Positions 37,444 through 50,140 of a stretch of 64,000 nt of DNA are shown here, piece by piece (the first letter of the stretch is position 1; every line of letters starts with the position of its first letter). The notes beneath the pieces were generated by a model that was given only the letters and a program-made list of their open reading frames with translations, searched no databases and was not told the origin of the DNA. The DNA comes from Eledone cirrhosa. Taxonomy: Eukaryota. The stretch is from NCBI GenBank assembly GCA_964016885.1, contig OZ024741.1, forward strand, positions 198,896,001 through 198,960,000, in the 5' to 3' direction. The position numbers were made by a program, and so were the translations under genes.

Positions 37444-38560
37444 TATGTGTAATAGTAATATACGTGAACGGCAAAGCATAAACGAACTAAGGGAGAAATT
37501 AGGAATAAGAGGGATCAGATGTTATTTACTCGAGAGAAGACTACGTTGGTATGGTCACGTGATGCGCATGAAAGACGACAGCTGTATAAAAAAGTGCAGG
37601 GCGATAAAAGTAGACGGTAGCCATGGAGTAGGCAGACCCAGAAAAACCTGGGACGACTTGATAAATTCCGACCTCACACACTTACACCTCTCCAAGACAA
37701 TGTCACTGGACCGAGATCTTTGGCGCTACACAGTTATACAGAAGACACGCCTTGCCTAAGTACAAAGCGAAACCTAGAGTCAGTAGGCACCTCTAACAAA
37801 ATACACCCCCGTCCCACTACCACCACCCCAACCACACCACCCCCTTAAATGTGAAGTTATGTTGGTACCACAACATCCAGTCCGAAACAAATGAGGTCGT
37901 GTAGGTGTCACGACAAAAAAAACACACAGTTCACGCTGTAATGTGGCCGTGTAGGTAACACGGTAAAAACCTCCAAGTACACACTGTAAACGTGGTTGGT
38001 GTTGGGAAGGGCACCCAGCCGTAGAAAACCCGCCAGACGTGTAGGTGTCACGACAATAAAACACACAGTTCACGCTGTAATGTGGCCGTGTAGGTAACAC
38101 GGTAAAAACCTCCAAGTACACACTGTAAACGTGGTTGGTGTTGGGAAGGGCACCCAGCCGTAGAAAACCCGCCAGACGTGTAGGTGTCACGACAATAAAA
38201 CACACAGTTCATGCTGTAATGTGGCCGTGTAGGTAACACGGTAAAAACCTCCAAGTACACACTGTAAACGTGGTTGGTGTTGGGAAGGGCACCCAGCCGT
38301 AGAAAACCCGCCAGACGTGTAGGTGTCACGACAATAAAACACAGTTCACGCTGTAATGTGGCCGTGTAGGTAACACAGTAAAAACCTCCCAGTTACACTG
38401 TAAACATGGTTGGTGTTAGGAAGGGTATCCAGCCGTAGAAAACCCGCCAGACAGTCCTGAGCAAGACAACCAATCTTGCCTCAAGTGGGACAATTCCCGT
38501 CCAGACCCATGCTAGTGTGGAAAATGGAAGTTAAACGATGATGATGATGATGATGATGAT
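37444..38560 (+). mobile_element. RTE 3' end with four ~139-bp tandem repeats in the 3' UTR
   Basis: Units start at 37898, 38038, 38177 and 38316. Confidence 0.92.
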
Positions 38561-38809
38561 GTATGTGAAATGATTTGTCATGTAACATATTAAGGTAGAG
38601 CTTTAAGAACTGGCTTAATGCAAGCCGCTTCTTAGGTTATCAGTAATTATTCATTCATTTTATTTATTATGATTCAATGAACACATAGAAATGGTGATGT
38701 GTGTTCTGGATGTTTATGGTAACAAAGGGAATTTTCGGGTAGTCTCAAGTAGAGTGGGTGTTTTGAGCTTAAATCTTTTGACACTAAACTGTACAAAACT
38801 GCCTTTGTT

Positions 38810-39560
38810 TCATCATCATCATCATCATCATCATCGTTTAACGTCCATGTTCCACGCTTGCATGGGTTTGGACGGAAGTTTTCCCACTTGAGGCAAGAGT
38901 GGTTGTCTTGCTCGCATAGGACTGTCTGGCGTGTTTTCTACAGTTGGATGCCCTTCCTAACACCAACCACATTTACAGTGTGGGACTGGGAGGTTTTTAC
39001 CGTGTTGCCTACACGGCCACATTACAGCGTGGACTGTCTGGCGGGTTTTCTACAGCTGGATGCTCTTCCTAACACCAACCACATTTACAGTGTGGGGCTG
39101 GGAGGTTTTTACCGTGTTGCCTACATGGCCACATTACAGCGTGGACTGTCTGGTGGGTTTTCTACAGCTGCATGCCCTTCTTAACACCAACCACATTTAC
39201 AGTGTGGGGCTGGGAGGTTTTTACCGTGTTGCCTACACGGCCACATTACAGCGTGGACTGTCTGGCGGGTTTTCTACAGCTGCATGCCCTTCCTAACACC
39301 AACCACATTTACAGTGTGGGGCTGGGAGGTTTTTACCGTGTTGCCTACACGGCCACATTACAGCGTGGACTGTCTGGTGGGTTTTCTACAGCTGCATGCC
39401 CTTCCTAACACCAACCACATTTACAGTGTGGAGCTGGGAGGTTTTTACCGTGTTACCTACACGGCCACATTACAGCGTGGACTGTGTGTTTTTTGTCGTG
39501 ACACCTACACGATCTCATTTGTTTCGGCCTGGACGTTGTGGCACCAACATAACTTTACAT
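38810..39560 (-). mobile_element. RTE 3' UTR with five 112-bp tandem repeats
   Basis: Units at 112-bp spacing from 38919; (CAT)n tail. Confidence 0.92.
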
Positions 39561-39599
39561 TGAAAATGAAACTAATCCACTCATTTTAAAAGGTTCCTA

Positions 39600-39828
39600 T
39601 TAACCCTTTTGATACTAACTCACCCAAATCCAACTATTTTAAAGGGTTCTTATATTGTGCTTATATTTATTTAAAAACTTTCCATCATAATTTTAAGAAG
39701 GAACTTTTGTTAAATTATATTTCAAATAGCTTAATAATGAGAAATATAGTTATATTACTAAATATATATCTAAATTCTTGATCATTTTCAAAATTATTTC
39801 ATTAGAAATATGGTAGCAAAATGGTTAA
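39600..39828. mobile_element. Second, older TTAA-flanked piggyBac-type MITE
   Basis: TTAACCCTTTTGATAC...GTAGCAAAATGGTTAA; related pieces near 9820-10035 and 26570-26750. Confidence 0.65.
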
Positions 39829-39829
39829 C

Positions 39830-39965
39830 CTAGACAGAATTCAGTGCCTTGAAGAGTTGAAGGAGAATTCTTTTGCAGTTCGAAAATAGGTTGTAATCTT
39901 AAGGCAAAAACTAAATCTGCAACCTAAACTAAATTGTTGGAAACTTCATGGACATAATTCCATTT
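39830..39965 (-). pseudogene. Decayed M12B Met-turn exon
   Basis: Acceptor ctattaccag + NGIMSMKF...YNLFSNCKR.../FCL; stops in the middle. Confidence 0.45.
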
Positions 39966-39979
39966 CTGGTAATAGAATA

Positions 39980-40455
39980 TATTTATTTATCTTTATTTAA
40001 TTTAATTTATTTTTTTATTTGCTAGATCTGGAGGAAGGGCTTCTGTCAATGACCTTTGCAGGCCATATGAGACCAATGAAGATTATGCTGTTAACGGTCA
40101 GTTTAAATCATGCAGGAAAGACATGTGCAGGGAAAGAATTCCAGAGGTGTGGGGAAGGACTGGACACAGTGGTTAGTGAAGGTCTTGGTTGGGTTGGACA
40201 CAATCTGGGTGATGAGAGGAAGAATGATGAGCAAGATGGGAATGTCTAAGTGGAAGCGGCATGAAATCAACCATGTTCCATAGAACAGAGGCCATTGTAG
40301 TAGTGGTAGAAAAAGCAGAGAGAGAGAGAGAATATCTGTAGGCCAGAGGCTGGAGCATGTCTGTCAGTGATTGTATGTCAATCAGATCTGTAGACTTTTC
40401 CTGGATGTTGTGTAGGATATGTGTGTGTGTAGCAGCAACACCATCACGCATACTG
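39980..40455 (-). mobile_element. CR1/L2-type LINE 3' fragment
   Basis: LWNSFPAHVFP motif and (TAAA)n-like tail. Confidence 0.55.
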
Positions 40456-41439
40456 ATCAGTCAGTACTCAAATGGAGCCTCTGACCTCCAGGTGTGCCAT
40501 GGGTCCAATATACAATCCCCTGTTCTACTGAGTGCATTTTATCATGGTACAAATACTGGGGAAGTTGTCATGTCCTTCACATAGCTGAAAAGTCTTCCAT
40601 TTGTTTGGCAGATTTTCTACAGCTGGAGGCCCTTACTACTACCAACCACTTTACAAATTGTGCTATGTGGTTGCATATTGTGTAGATCAACAACACTTGG
40701 TTGGTTGTCATGTTGTCTTTAGCACAGCTAAAGAGACCTCCCAACCTATTGTTATACATACAAGGGCCTTATTTCAGGGGGTACCAGGGGACAAGCCCCC
40801 CCCCCCCCCCACCTTTTCAGGAACAGGGGACAAACCATCTTTTGTCACCCCTACTTTTTCCCAATTATAAAACAAAGAAAATCCCACTAACAAGTCATAC
40901 ATATGTATAATACATATTTTTACATGTTTACTTATGTGCATATATTTATATGAATATATATAGACCTTAAAATTACAATCAGTATTGAATTTGTTCATTC
41001 GATATTTACATCCATTTGCTAAAAATTAAAAAAAGATCAACTCATCAATAATTTGAATGAGAATTGTATAATATTTTTATATGTATTTGTCTCACTAAGT
41101 AAATATAGATAAATAAACAATACATTGTTTATCAAACTCACAATGGAAATGCAAATAATTTTATTTTCTACTCTTGAATTTCAGCTGCTTCCTTTTTTTC
41201 GTAGAATATAATATCCTCAATTTTTAATGTCTCAGACATTTTCATTGATCACAACACTTATAAAAACCATCACCTTTTTCAAGTGAGCTTTTTCTGCACA
41301 CACAATATATAAATATATTAATATATTGTGTATTTACTCCACTAACTTGTTGAGTGCTTTATATCAGTTATAAACATTTTTAAGCTTGTTGAATCCCAAC
41401 AAATTAAATATAACCTCTGCATATATATATATATATATT

Positions 41440-42133
41440 AATATACGTGAACGGCAAAGCATAAACGAACTAAGGGAAAAATTAGAAATAAGAGGGATCA
41501 GATGTTGTTTACTCGAGAGAAGGCTACGTTGGTATGGTCACGTGATGCGCATGAAAGACGACAGCTGTATAAAAAAGTGCAGGGCAATAAAAATAGATGG
41601 TAGCCACGGAGTAGGCAGACCCAGAAAAACCTGGGACGACTTGATAAATTCCGACCTCACACACTTACACCTCTCCAAGAAAATGTCACTGGACCGAGAC
41701 CTTTGGCGCTACACAGTAATAGAGAAGACCCACCTTACCTAAATACAAAGTAAAACCTACCACAGTCAGTAGGCACCTCTAACAAAATACACCCCCGTCC
41801 CACTACCCCCAACCCATCCACACCGCCCCTTCCAATGTAAAGTTATGTTGGTGCCACAACATCCAGCCCGAAACAAATGAGGTCGTGTAGGTGTCACGAC
41901 AAAAAAAACACACAGTCCACGCTGTAATGTGGCCATGTAGGTAACACGGTAAAAACCTCCCAGTTCCACACTGTAAATGTGGTTGGTGTTAGGAAGGGCA
42001 CCCAGCTGTAGAAAACCCGCCAGACAGTCCTATGCGAGCAAGACAACCAATCTTGCCTCAAGTGGGAAAACTCCCGTCCAAACCCATGCAAGCGTGGAAT
42101 ATGGACGTTAAACGATGATGATGATGATGATGA
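41440..42133 (+). mobile_element. 5'-truncated RTE copy nested in the hAT element
   Basis: NIRERQSINELREKLEIRGIRCCLLERRLRWYGHV; (GAT)n tail. Confidence 0.92.
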
Positions 42134-42189
42134 TATATATAAGTCTTATTACATTTTCTTGGGATTAATTTACATTTAGGACATTTTAA

Positions 42190-44180
42190 GAATTAATATT
42201 GTTTCAAAAACTGCAAAACAAGATACTGAAAATTTCAGTCTAAATGGTTCTAGGCTTATAATTGGCTGCACTGTGATGCTAGATTGAAAGGAGTTGTTTG
42301 CTACACTTTTTCATATGCACATCAAAACAAACTAATAAACTTGGCTAAATGCTCTGATAATGCTTTCATTTTAAGAGGCTTCAAAAAACTGGAAAAAGGC
42401 GCACAAAAAATTTGTTTCTCATGAAAAATCAAACACTCATAAACTTGCGACATCTAACATCCTTTTCAAAAAGAAACAAGAAAGCATACGGTCAAACTTC
42501 AACCAAACCCACCGTGATAATCAAAACAAAGCAAGGCATGCTTTGCTTAAGGTAATATCGTCTTTGAAGTATTTAACCAAACAAGGGTTGGCAATTCAAG
42601 GAAAGCATAGTGATGAGGGCAACTTCATGGAGCTGTTAAATCTTTGATGTGAAGATGTACATGAGCTAAGAGTTTGGTTGAACAGTAAACACAGCTACAC
42701 CAGTGCTGAAATCCCAAATGATATTTTAAAAACAATAAGCCATATGGTTTTGAAAGGCATAATAAAGAAAATTAACAAAGAATCTAAGCAGTTTGGAATA
42801 ATTATTATAGTACACAGGGTAAGGAACTGGAGGTCATTTGTGTTCGTTATGGGAATGATTGTTTTGAAATTAAAGAAGATGTTTTAGGAATCTACAATAT
42901 AGATAGTACAGCTGGTAAATCTCTTTGTCAAATGATTCTTGATGTACTTCTACGCCTTCAATTACCAATTCAAAATCTTTGATGCCAGACATTGATGGTG
43001 CAGTCAATATGGCAGGTAAACATCTTGGTTGTCAAGCAGAAATAAAAAAGATTCAGCCTCTGGCCCATTACGTGCACTGCGGCGCTCATATTTCTCAACT
43101 TATTATAGCTAAGTCCGTTCAACAAGCTTCATTTATCAAAAATGCTCTCAATTATATGAATGAATTGGGGAAACTATATAGTACATCATGGAAATTTAAG
43201 CACGCGTATTTATCACATGATGAAGAAAATGAAGCATCATCACCATGCTCCTTAAATCCTCTGTGCCCTACTCAATGACTAACACAACTTTTTGTAGGCA
43301 AAGCCCTTCTTGAAAATTATTCAGATGTCCTCATTTCTTTACAAGAGGCAACAAATGAGTTTGGCACCAACATTGCATCCAGACCTAATGGTATTCTTAT
43401 CTGTCACACTCCGGGTCAATGTGTTCTTGGATTGCACGTAGTTCCATTACTTCAATTCCTTGAAGGATTGAACAAATCTTTTCAAAGTACCACCTTCAAT
43501 CTAGGTAGCATGTTGCATAGTGTCAAACTGGTGCAGGAGGAGCTAAAAAAATCTACACAGTGAAGAAAGATTTCAGGAGCTGTTCAATACAGCAGAAAAA
43601 ATGATTTATCAACTCAATATTTCTCTTTTGGAGCTACCCAGGCAATGAAAAGTTCCTAAAAGATATCAGGAAGGAAATGATTTAAAATATCAACACTGCA
43701 CTGTTTTGGATCATTACAGAGTGCTTTATTTTCAGGTAGTGGATACTACAATATCAAATTTGAAAGATTATCTTTTTTCACAGGATTATGAAAAACTCAG
43801 CAATATTTTACTCAATGGAAATTTTTGTGCTGAAGTGATCATGCTGTATCCAGAGCTTGATAAATTTTCTTTAAGGAATGAAATACTTTTTTATAGAAAT
43901 CATCATCGTGGATCATCTCTTGAGGATCATAATATTCATGTCACATGTTTCCAAATGTTGAGCAATTGCTCAGGCTACTTTTAGTGTTTTCAACCAGCTC
44001 TTGTGAAGCTGAAAGATCTTTTAGCGTTCTGCAGAGACTCAAAACTTGGTTGCGATTGACCATGACTCAGCAATATGCCACGTACATAGAGATGTTTTGA
44101 AAAAGATTAGTTGTGAAGAAGTTGCTAAATTATTTATTGACAGCAATGATGCGCGATATAATACATTTGGAAAGTTTTAG
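42190..44180 (+). pseudogene. hAT transposase pseudogene
   Basis: GLAIQG..GNFMELL, YTSAEIPNDIL, DGAVNMAG...HYVHCGAH, SSCEAERSFSVLQRLKTWLRLTMTQ; stops and frameshifts. Confidence 0.9.
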
Positions 44181-44508
44181 AGACACTAAATTTACTTTAT
44201 ATTTTTTATTCAAACGTCTATGTTTTATTTTTTGTCTATTTGATATAATAAATTCTTTTTAAGCTTATTTTTCTATATCTGAACTTTATTTGAATATATA
44301 AAATTGAATTAGCGTAAAATTTTACTTATGTGATAGGGTCCAAGAAAGGCACCATATGCAATACTAACATGTTCCTTTAAGAATCAACAAATGTTGGTTT
44401 GTCCCCCTCATATTTTTAAGGCAAACGAGGCCCCTGCATACATATGAAGGGCTTGTGAACAGTTTCTTCCTGCCAAATTCAATCCACAAGATATTGGTCA
44501 ATCTGAGA

Positions 44509-45835
44509 TTATATTTGAACACACTTGCCTGACGTGACACACTTGGAACCATATATCTGTAAAGCAAACAACTTAATAACACAGAGTGATGAGTCTATTT
44601 GTTTCTCAGTAGAAGAAGATTTATGGTGTGCATCATTTCTCTTGCAATGAAATATAGGTTGTAGATTTAGTTTCTGGAGATTACAACTTATGTTTCTATG
44701 GTTCAAGCTGATATTAGTATTAATAGATGAATTTGAAATCAGATTAAAAAAGTTCCCCAAAGCCGGATGCTGCATATAATGACTTATTTAATAAATGACA
44801 GTGAATCATGCTAGAGTTAGACATAAAGTTCCGTATTGGAATGAATTGAGGAATAATACTGTATGTATAGTGTATCTATCTATTAGCCAGTGGATCTCAG
44901 TGTTGCCTCTTCTACATCATGATAGCAAGCTGTTTAGTGGTGCCAACATGGCAGAAATAACACACTTACTGCAGTAACTTCCTCCTCGTTCATTGATTGT
45001 TCAATTTACTGCAGTCTTTCTCTTTCTACTGACCAACACTATCATCACCATTGCCACTAAAGTATTTACAACCACTCCCCCCCACAACCACCACCTCCGT
45101 CGTTGCCGACACCTCCACCACAACCACCTCCGCCATTGTCACTGCCAACGCCAGTGGAAAGCTGTATTGGCCTTTGCCTTTCTGCTGGATAATACCATAT
45201 ATAGTGTGTAAAATATATATAATGGATATTAGTGTATATATGGTGTATATATGAGTTGTGACAACAATAAGGTGAAACTATATTGGCCTTTGTCTTTCCT
45301 TTGGACAACATCAGTAGTTTGGATAGGGGAGATTGACATGCAAGGGTGACTGCTGATCTTTCACAAAAATACCTTGCCTGGGTTTGTGCCTTGGAGAAGA
45401 ACTTTTTAGGCACAAACCCATGATCCTACATGACTAACAGGGGTGGGGCTGCCTCTTCCTCCACCAAATACATGCATTTGTGCATATACCTATTCATGTA
45501 TAGATCATATTTATTTTAAATATAATGGCACATAATACAGATTCGATGTATAAGGCATTGCACAGTGTCTTTAGATAAGACGTATTAACATAGTGTCTTT
45601 AGATAAAACCTATTAAATCTTAACATCTTGTAAAGATTTAGCAAAAAATATCTAAAAAAGTAGATTTGTTAATTCAAATATTCATAGTGTTTTTATCAGT
45701 GGACAGATCATTGCGAAAGCTTACAGTATCAGCCTAAATACTTTAATTCTTAATATAGTACAGGCATAGTGTTGTTTTGTATTTTTCAAGAATTTGTATT
45801 TGTTTGATGTGGTACAGGACGTTAAGAGTTCAGGA
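44509..45835 (-). pseudogene. Decayed M12B/Cys-rich pieces (45615-45835 and 44509-44770)
   Basis: QHYACTIL segment paralogous to the 29.8 kb piece; acceptor gctttacag + IYGSKCVTSGKCVQI*. Confidence 0.35.
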
Positions 45836-46144
45836 ATTTGACTTAGTCTTACTGAACCAATAAAATCTTTTGATTGAGTGAATACTTGTTAGTGTTAAGA
45901 AAGACATGATTGTAAAATATCTCTCAACTAACCTGCACATATAACCTTTAATGATTAATGCACCCAGTACATTCTGTAAAGTGGTTGGTGGCCAAACAAA
46001 TGTTCAGGAGGACTCTTCAGCCATGTCATGGCATGACAATCTCTTTAGTGTTGGTGGTATGATATAAAATGCACTCAGTAGAAAGTGGATCATATGTGAG
46101 CTGTAGGCTCCCAGCCTATCAGAGTGACCAATAGAGGACTGGAA

Positions 46145-46285
46145 CATATGTAAGTGAGATGTAGGCCTCCAGCCCATTGGAGCAATCAATAAAGTGCAGA
46201 AAGATATGTAAGTGAGATGTAGGCCTCCAACCCATTGGAGCAATCAATAAAGTGCAGGAATATATGTAAGCAAGATGTAGGCTTT
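46145..46285. repeat. ~58-bp tandem duplication (2-3 copies)
   Basis: atatgtaagtgagatgtaggcctcca.cccattggagcaatcaataaagtgcag repeated. Confidence 0.85.
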
Positions 46286-46458
46286 TGATCCATCTGAGAG
46301 GGTGTTAGCTCCACTTCAATACTGACCAGTTTGTGACAACCCATCCAATCCTTGCTAGCATGGAAAATGGAAGTTAAATGATGATAATGAGCATATGTAT
46401 AAAAGTAAAGCCATGCCCATAAAAGTACAAATACGTACACACACACACACACATACGT

Positions 46459-48560
46459 CTAGGGCGGGTAAAATTCCCAAGATCCATGGACGAGTTCTCT
46501 CCTGCGGTCTCTGTCCCTCATCATCGCTGCCATGTCCTGTGTCTCCAAGAGACCTGTGTCTGTCCTTAGGGCATCAACATATGTCAACCTTGGTCTCCCT
46601 CTTCTAGTGTGTCTGTATAGGGGCTCCCACAGGAGTGTCAACTCTAAATGTTGGTAAGCATGTCCAGCTAACCTCAGTCTCCTCTGTGTTACTTTTGAGC
46701 TGACTTTTGGGAGGCTCCCGTACAGCTCTGAGTTCATCCTCCTCAGTGAATACTGATTAATGTTCAGAGCCATCCTCAGCATTCTTGTGTAGCACCCATC
46801 CACCATCTGAGTGAGGTTCTTGATCAGTGTCCAAGTCTCAGACCCGTACAGTAGCATAGACTCCACTGTAGTGACAAAGAGATGGATCTTCAGGTTTTTA
46901 CTAAGGTCCGACTTCCACACCAATCACAAACTGTGGCACACCACCCAGGCTTTGCTCGTCCTCTTAACCACATCATCCTGTGTTCCCAATCTTTGCTCCC
47001 AGATATAGGAAGTCCTCAACCAACTCTTACAGCTTCCCACCTACATTCATAATCTTCTCTAGCTTCTGAATGTTCTCTACCAGACACTTTGTCTTAATCT
47101 CATTCATTCTCAGCCCCACACTAATTGACACAGTCTACACCTCCTGTATCAACTCCTCTGTCTCATGTACTGTGTTTGTCACCAGAACTATGTCGTCAGC
47201 AAATTCAGCATCTGATATCTTTTTCGCCTTAACTCTCCTGCTCTGAGCCAGTACTACAGTAAAGCCAGAGTCCTAGTGTTTCTCTAGCATAAGGCACATT
47301 CAATAGTCCACTGCGATGATAAAAAGGTATCTCCCTGGAGCACTCCAGCCAGTACCTCAAAGAACTCCCTTCTTTGGCACTGGGACGATGTTACTGATCC
47401 TCCACTGATTTGGGGCAACTCCTTTCTCCAGTGCCTGGTTACAGAACTCCAGGATGATATCATCAAAATCACACCTCTTCATCACCTCTGATGCCACTCC
47501 ATCTTCTCCATGAGCCTTGCCCTCGTTGATCTTCTTCTTGGCCCTCTGAAGCTCCTCTCTGGTGAAGGGTCCTGTCTCAATATCCAGTTCCTCAAACAGC
47601 TGCCTGATCTCCCCAGTGTTCTGGGCTGTGTAGGGCGATTCTCCTAGTAGGGTCCTAAAAGGGTCCAGCCATTTCCTCTTCCTATCCTTGAGTGCTGTTC
47701 TCTGGATCTGACTTGAACCCCCTCTCTTCCTCCCTGTATCTCGTTGATGATTGTCCAGCTCTCTTTACACCTAGACCTGTCAAACGCTCTCTCCACCCTA
47801 CTGATCTTCTCTTTCAGCGCCTCTTCTCTGGCGTCAGTGTAAGCGGTACAGAGTTCTTCCCTCATCACCTCCACATTCTCCTTCCTCTACTCCGTAGGAT
47901 CAGCATAGAATTGGTCCTTGGCAGCTTTCAGGTGTTCTCTGGCTGCACACACTTTTGGGTCTGATGTGCTTCTTCTTCTCTCTCCTCAGTACCAGGGTCT
48001 CACTTCCGTCACTGCATTGGTGAAGTACCCGTACCTCCTCATCACACTCTCCTCAGTCCATCCAATCTCTCTCCTCTGCCTCTCCACACAGAGCACAGAA
48101 CCTGTTCCTCACTTCTACTGTGAACCTCTCCTGTAGCTTATCATCTTCCTTGAAATCTCCCTAGTCATAGATCGCTCTCTGGGGCTGAGCCTTACTCTTT
48201 CTTAAGCTCACCCAGACCTCACTCATAACAAGCCGATGGTCACTGCCCAGTGTACTGAAATAGTTGTATGGTTCTGTGTTCAGAACACTATTCTACCATT
48301 TTTTCCTCACCAGAATGAAATCAATCTGGGACTTGGACAGGTGTATATCAGTGATGTAGGTCCACATCTTCCCCGGATTCTTCCTAAATCTTAGGCTGGT
48401 TGCCATCAAGTTCACCTCCAGCAGGGTGACCCTCACTAGTCTCCCATTTCAGTTGGTGTTGTTATGGAAGTACCAGCAAAAGGATCTTCACTGCTCTCCT
48501 TACACAGATGTACATTGCAATCACCCAGAACATCTTGGATCGCAAGTATCTGTATACCAC
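46459..48560 (-). mobile_element. Degraded RTE-like LINE, same family as 36292-37103
   Basis: Endonuclease SQIDFILVRKKW...LGSDHRLV; RT GVLQGDT, DAEFADDIV; same C-terminus ...HGSWEFYPP. Confidence 0.9.
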
Positions 48561-48704
48561 TCTCCTCAAACAGGTGACCCAACACCTCTCTCTTCTCCAG
48601 CGTCCGAACAAGGTAATTATTTAACCCATAAATGGGGCCCTAACAGGTACTACTACTCCAGGCCAGAGCAGACCTGGGAGTTATGACAACTAAGGGGGTA
48701 ACAC

Positions 48705-48859
48705 ATTAATATGAATTATTATATGAGGAAAAACAGGCAAGGAGTGAGGAGAAATTTGAAAAGAAATTTATTTGATTAATCAAATTAATCAAATAAATCC
48801 CTCTTCAAATTCTTGCCCTAATCTTGCCTGTTTTTCCTCATATAATAATTCATATTAAT
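48705..48859. repeat. ~155-bp imperfect palindrome
   Basis: attaatatgaattattatatgaggaaaaacaggcaag ... cttgcctgtttttcctcatataataattcatattaat. Confidence 0.85.
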
Positions 48860-49316
48860 TTACTCCGTGAATTCTTGGAACCTGTACTATACTCGAGGAT
48901 TTAACATCTGGAAAATTATATCACAGGACTCCATTAACCACGTTGAGAAAAAGTATTTGGTAAGCTGTTCGTTCACTAATATTTACATAATCATTAAGGG
49001 CGGTGGATTGGCAGTATCGGTAGAGCATCAGACACCATGCTTTGCAACACAGAGTTATGGCCCTTTACGTTCTGAGTTCAACTACTGCCAAGGTTAACTT
49101 TGCCTTTCATCCTTACGGGGTCGATAAAATAAAGTACCAGTAATGCACTGGAGTCGGTTTAATCGACTTTATCCTTCCCCCAAATTGTTGGCCTTGTGCC
49201 TAAATGAGAAACCAATATTTACATAATCATTCCACAAATACGATTTTACCAACATACACACATACATACATGCACACATACATATACACATACATACACA
49301 CATACATACTATACAC

Positions 49317-49369
<53 letters not shown>

Positions 49370-49372
49370 CAT

Positions 49373-49406
<34 letters not shown>

Positions 49407-49640
49407 TATACATGTGTGAGTATATATAGATACAAACATAAGCGCACTATTGACTTAATATATGTATCCAACTGACCAGACAGCTGAAAAAGTAACAAAC
49501 AAAATGGAATAATTGTCTTATGTTGTTTATTACATAAATATATATATATATATGCATATAAAAGGTAAACAGAAAAACAATGCTATCGGTACAGTATATG
49601 GAAGGAATATATTAGTTTAACGCTTGAAATAGCAGGGAGG

Positions 49641-49676
49641 TCTTAACGTTTCAGATGCTAGTCCTTCATCAGAAGA
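49641..49676 (-). ncRNA. Minimal type I hammerhead ribozyme
   Basis: tctt CTGATGA a GGA ctagca TCT GAAA cGTT aaga; palindromic ACGT stem III. Confidence 0.7.
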
Positions 49677-50140
49677 AAGAATAAGAAATTAGAAAGATTG
49701 AAGGGACGGGCAGGGCAGAATCTGAAAAAAATATTTTTAGAAAAAAATAACAAGTCCATTCATGTTGCTATCTCTTGGAAAACTGTTGATACTGGCGTTT
49801 TGTGTATGATATACTTTTTTAGAAAAATGGATGATGGAGCGTGTCTACCTGAAATGGAAAAAGAATGTTTTGTATATAGAGCTATACAAGTATGCGTGCA
49901 TATGCGCGCACGTGTCTGTGTGTTATTAGATGTCCGTACAAAGCTAAAAGGATATGTGTGTGTATATGTAAGTAAAAGAGTGTATTCTTGTAAGTATGAA
50001 GCTGTGAGCAAAAGTATGTTAATATAAGGGAGTGTGTGTGTATACAGAGCAGTGAAGGGAAAAGTAGAGGTTTGTGGGCGTATTTTGTTGGTCTGTATCA
50101 TACCCATTTTTGCATTTACATAATTCTATTGTATATATAT

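Larger units (their letters stand above)
40761..44436 (+). mobile_element. Full-length but decayed hAT DNA transposon (ZMYM1-like transposase)
   Basis: TIRs CAAGGGCCTTATTT / reverse complement CAGGGGCCTCGTTT; 8-bp TSD tatacata/catacata; nested RTE at 41440-42133. Confidence 0.88.

Noticed and set aside
42190-44180. Host ZMYM1-like gene
   Set aside because: Intronless, multiply disrupted, and enclosed by TIRs and an 8-bp TSD, so a hAT transposase.
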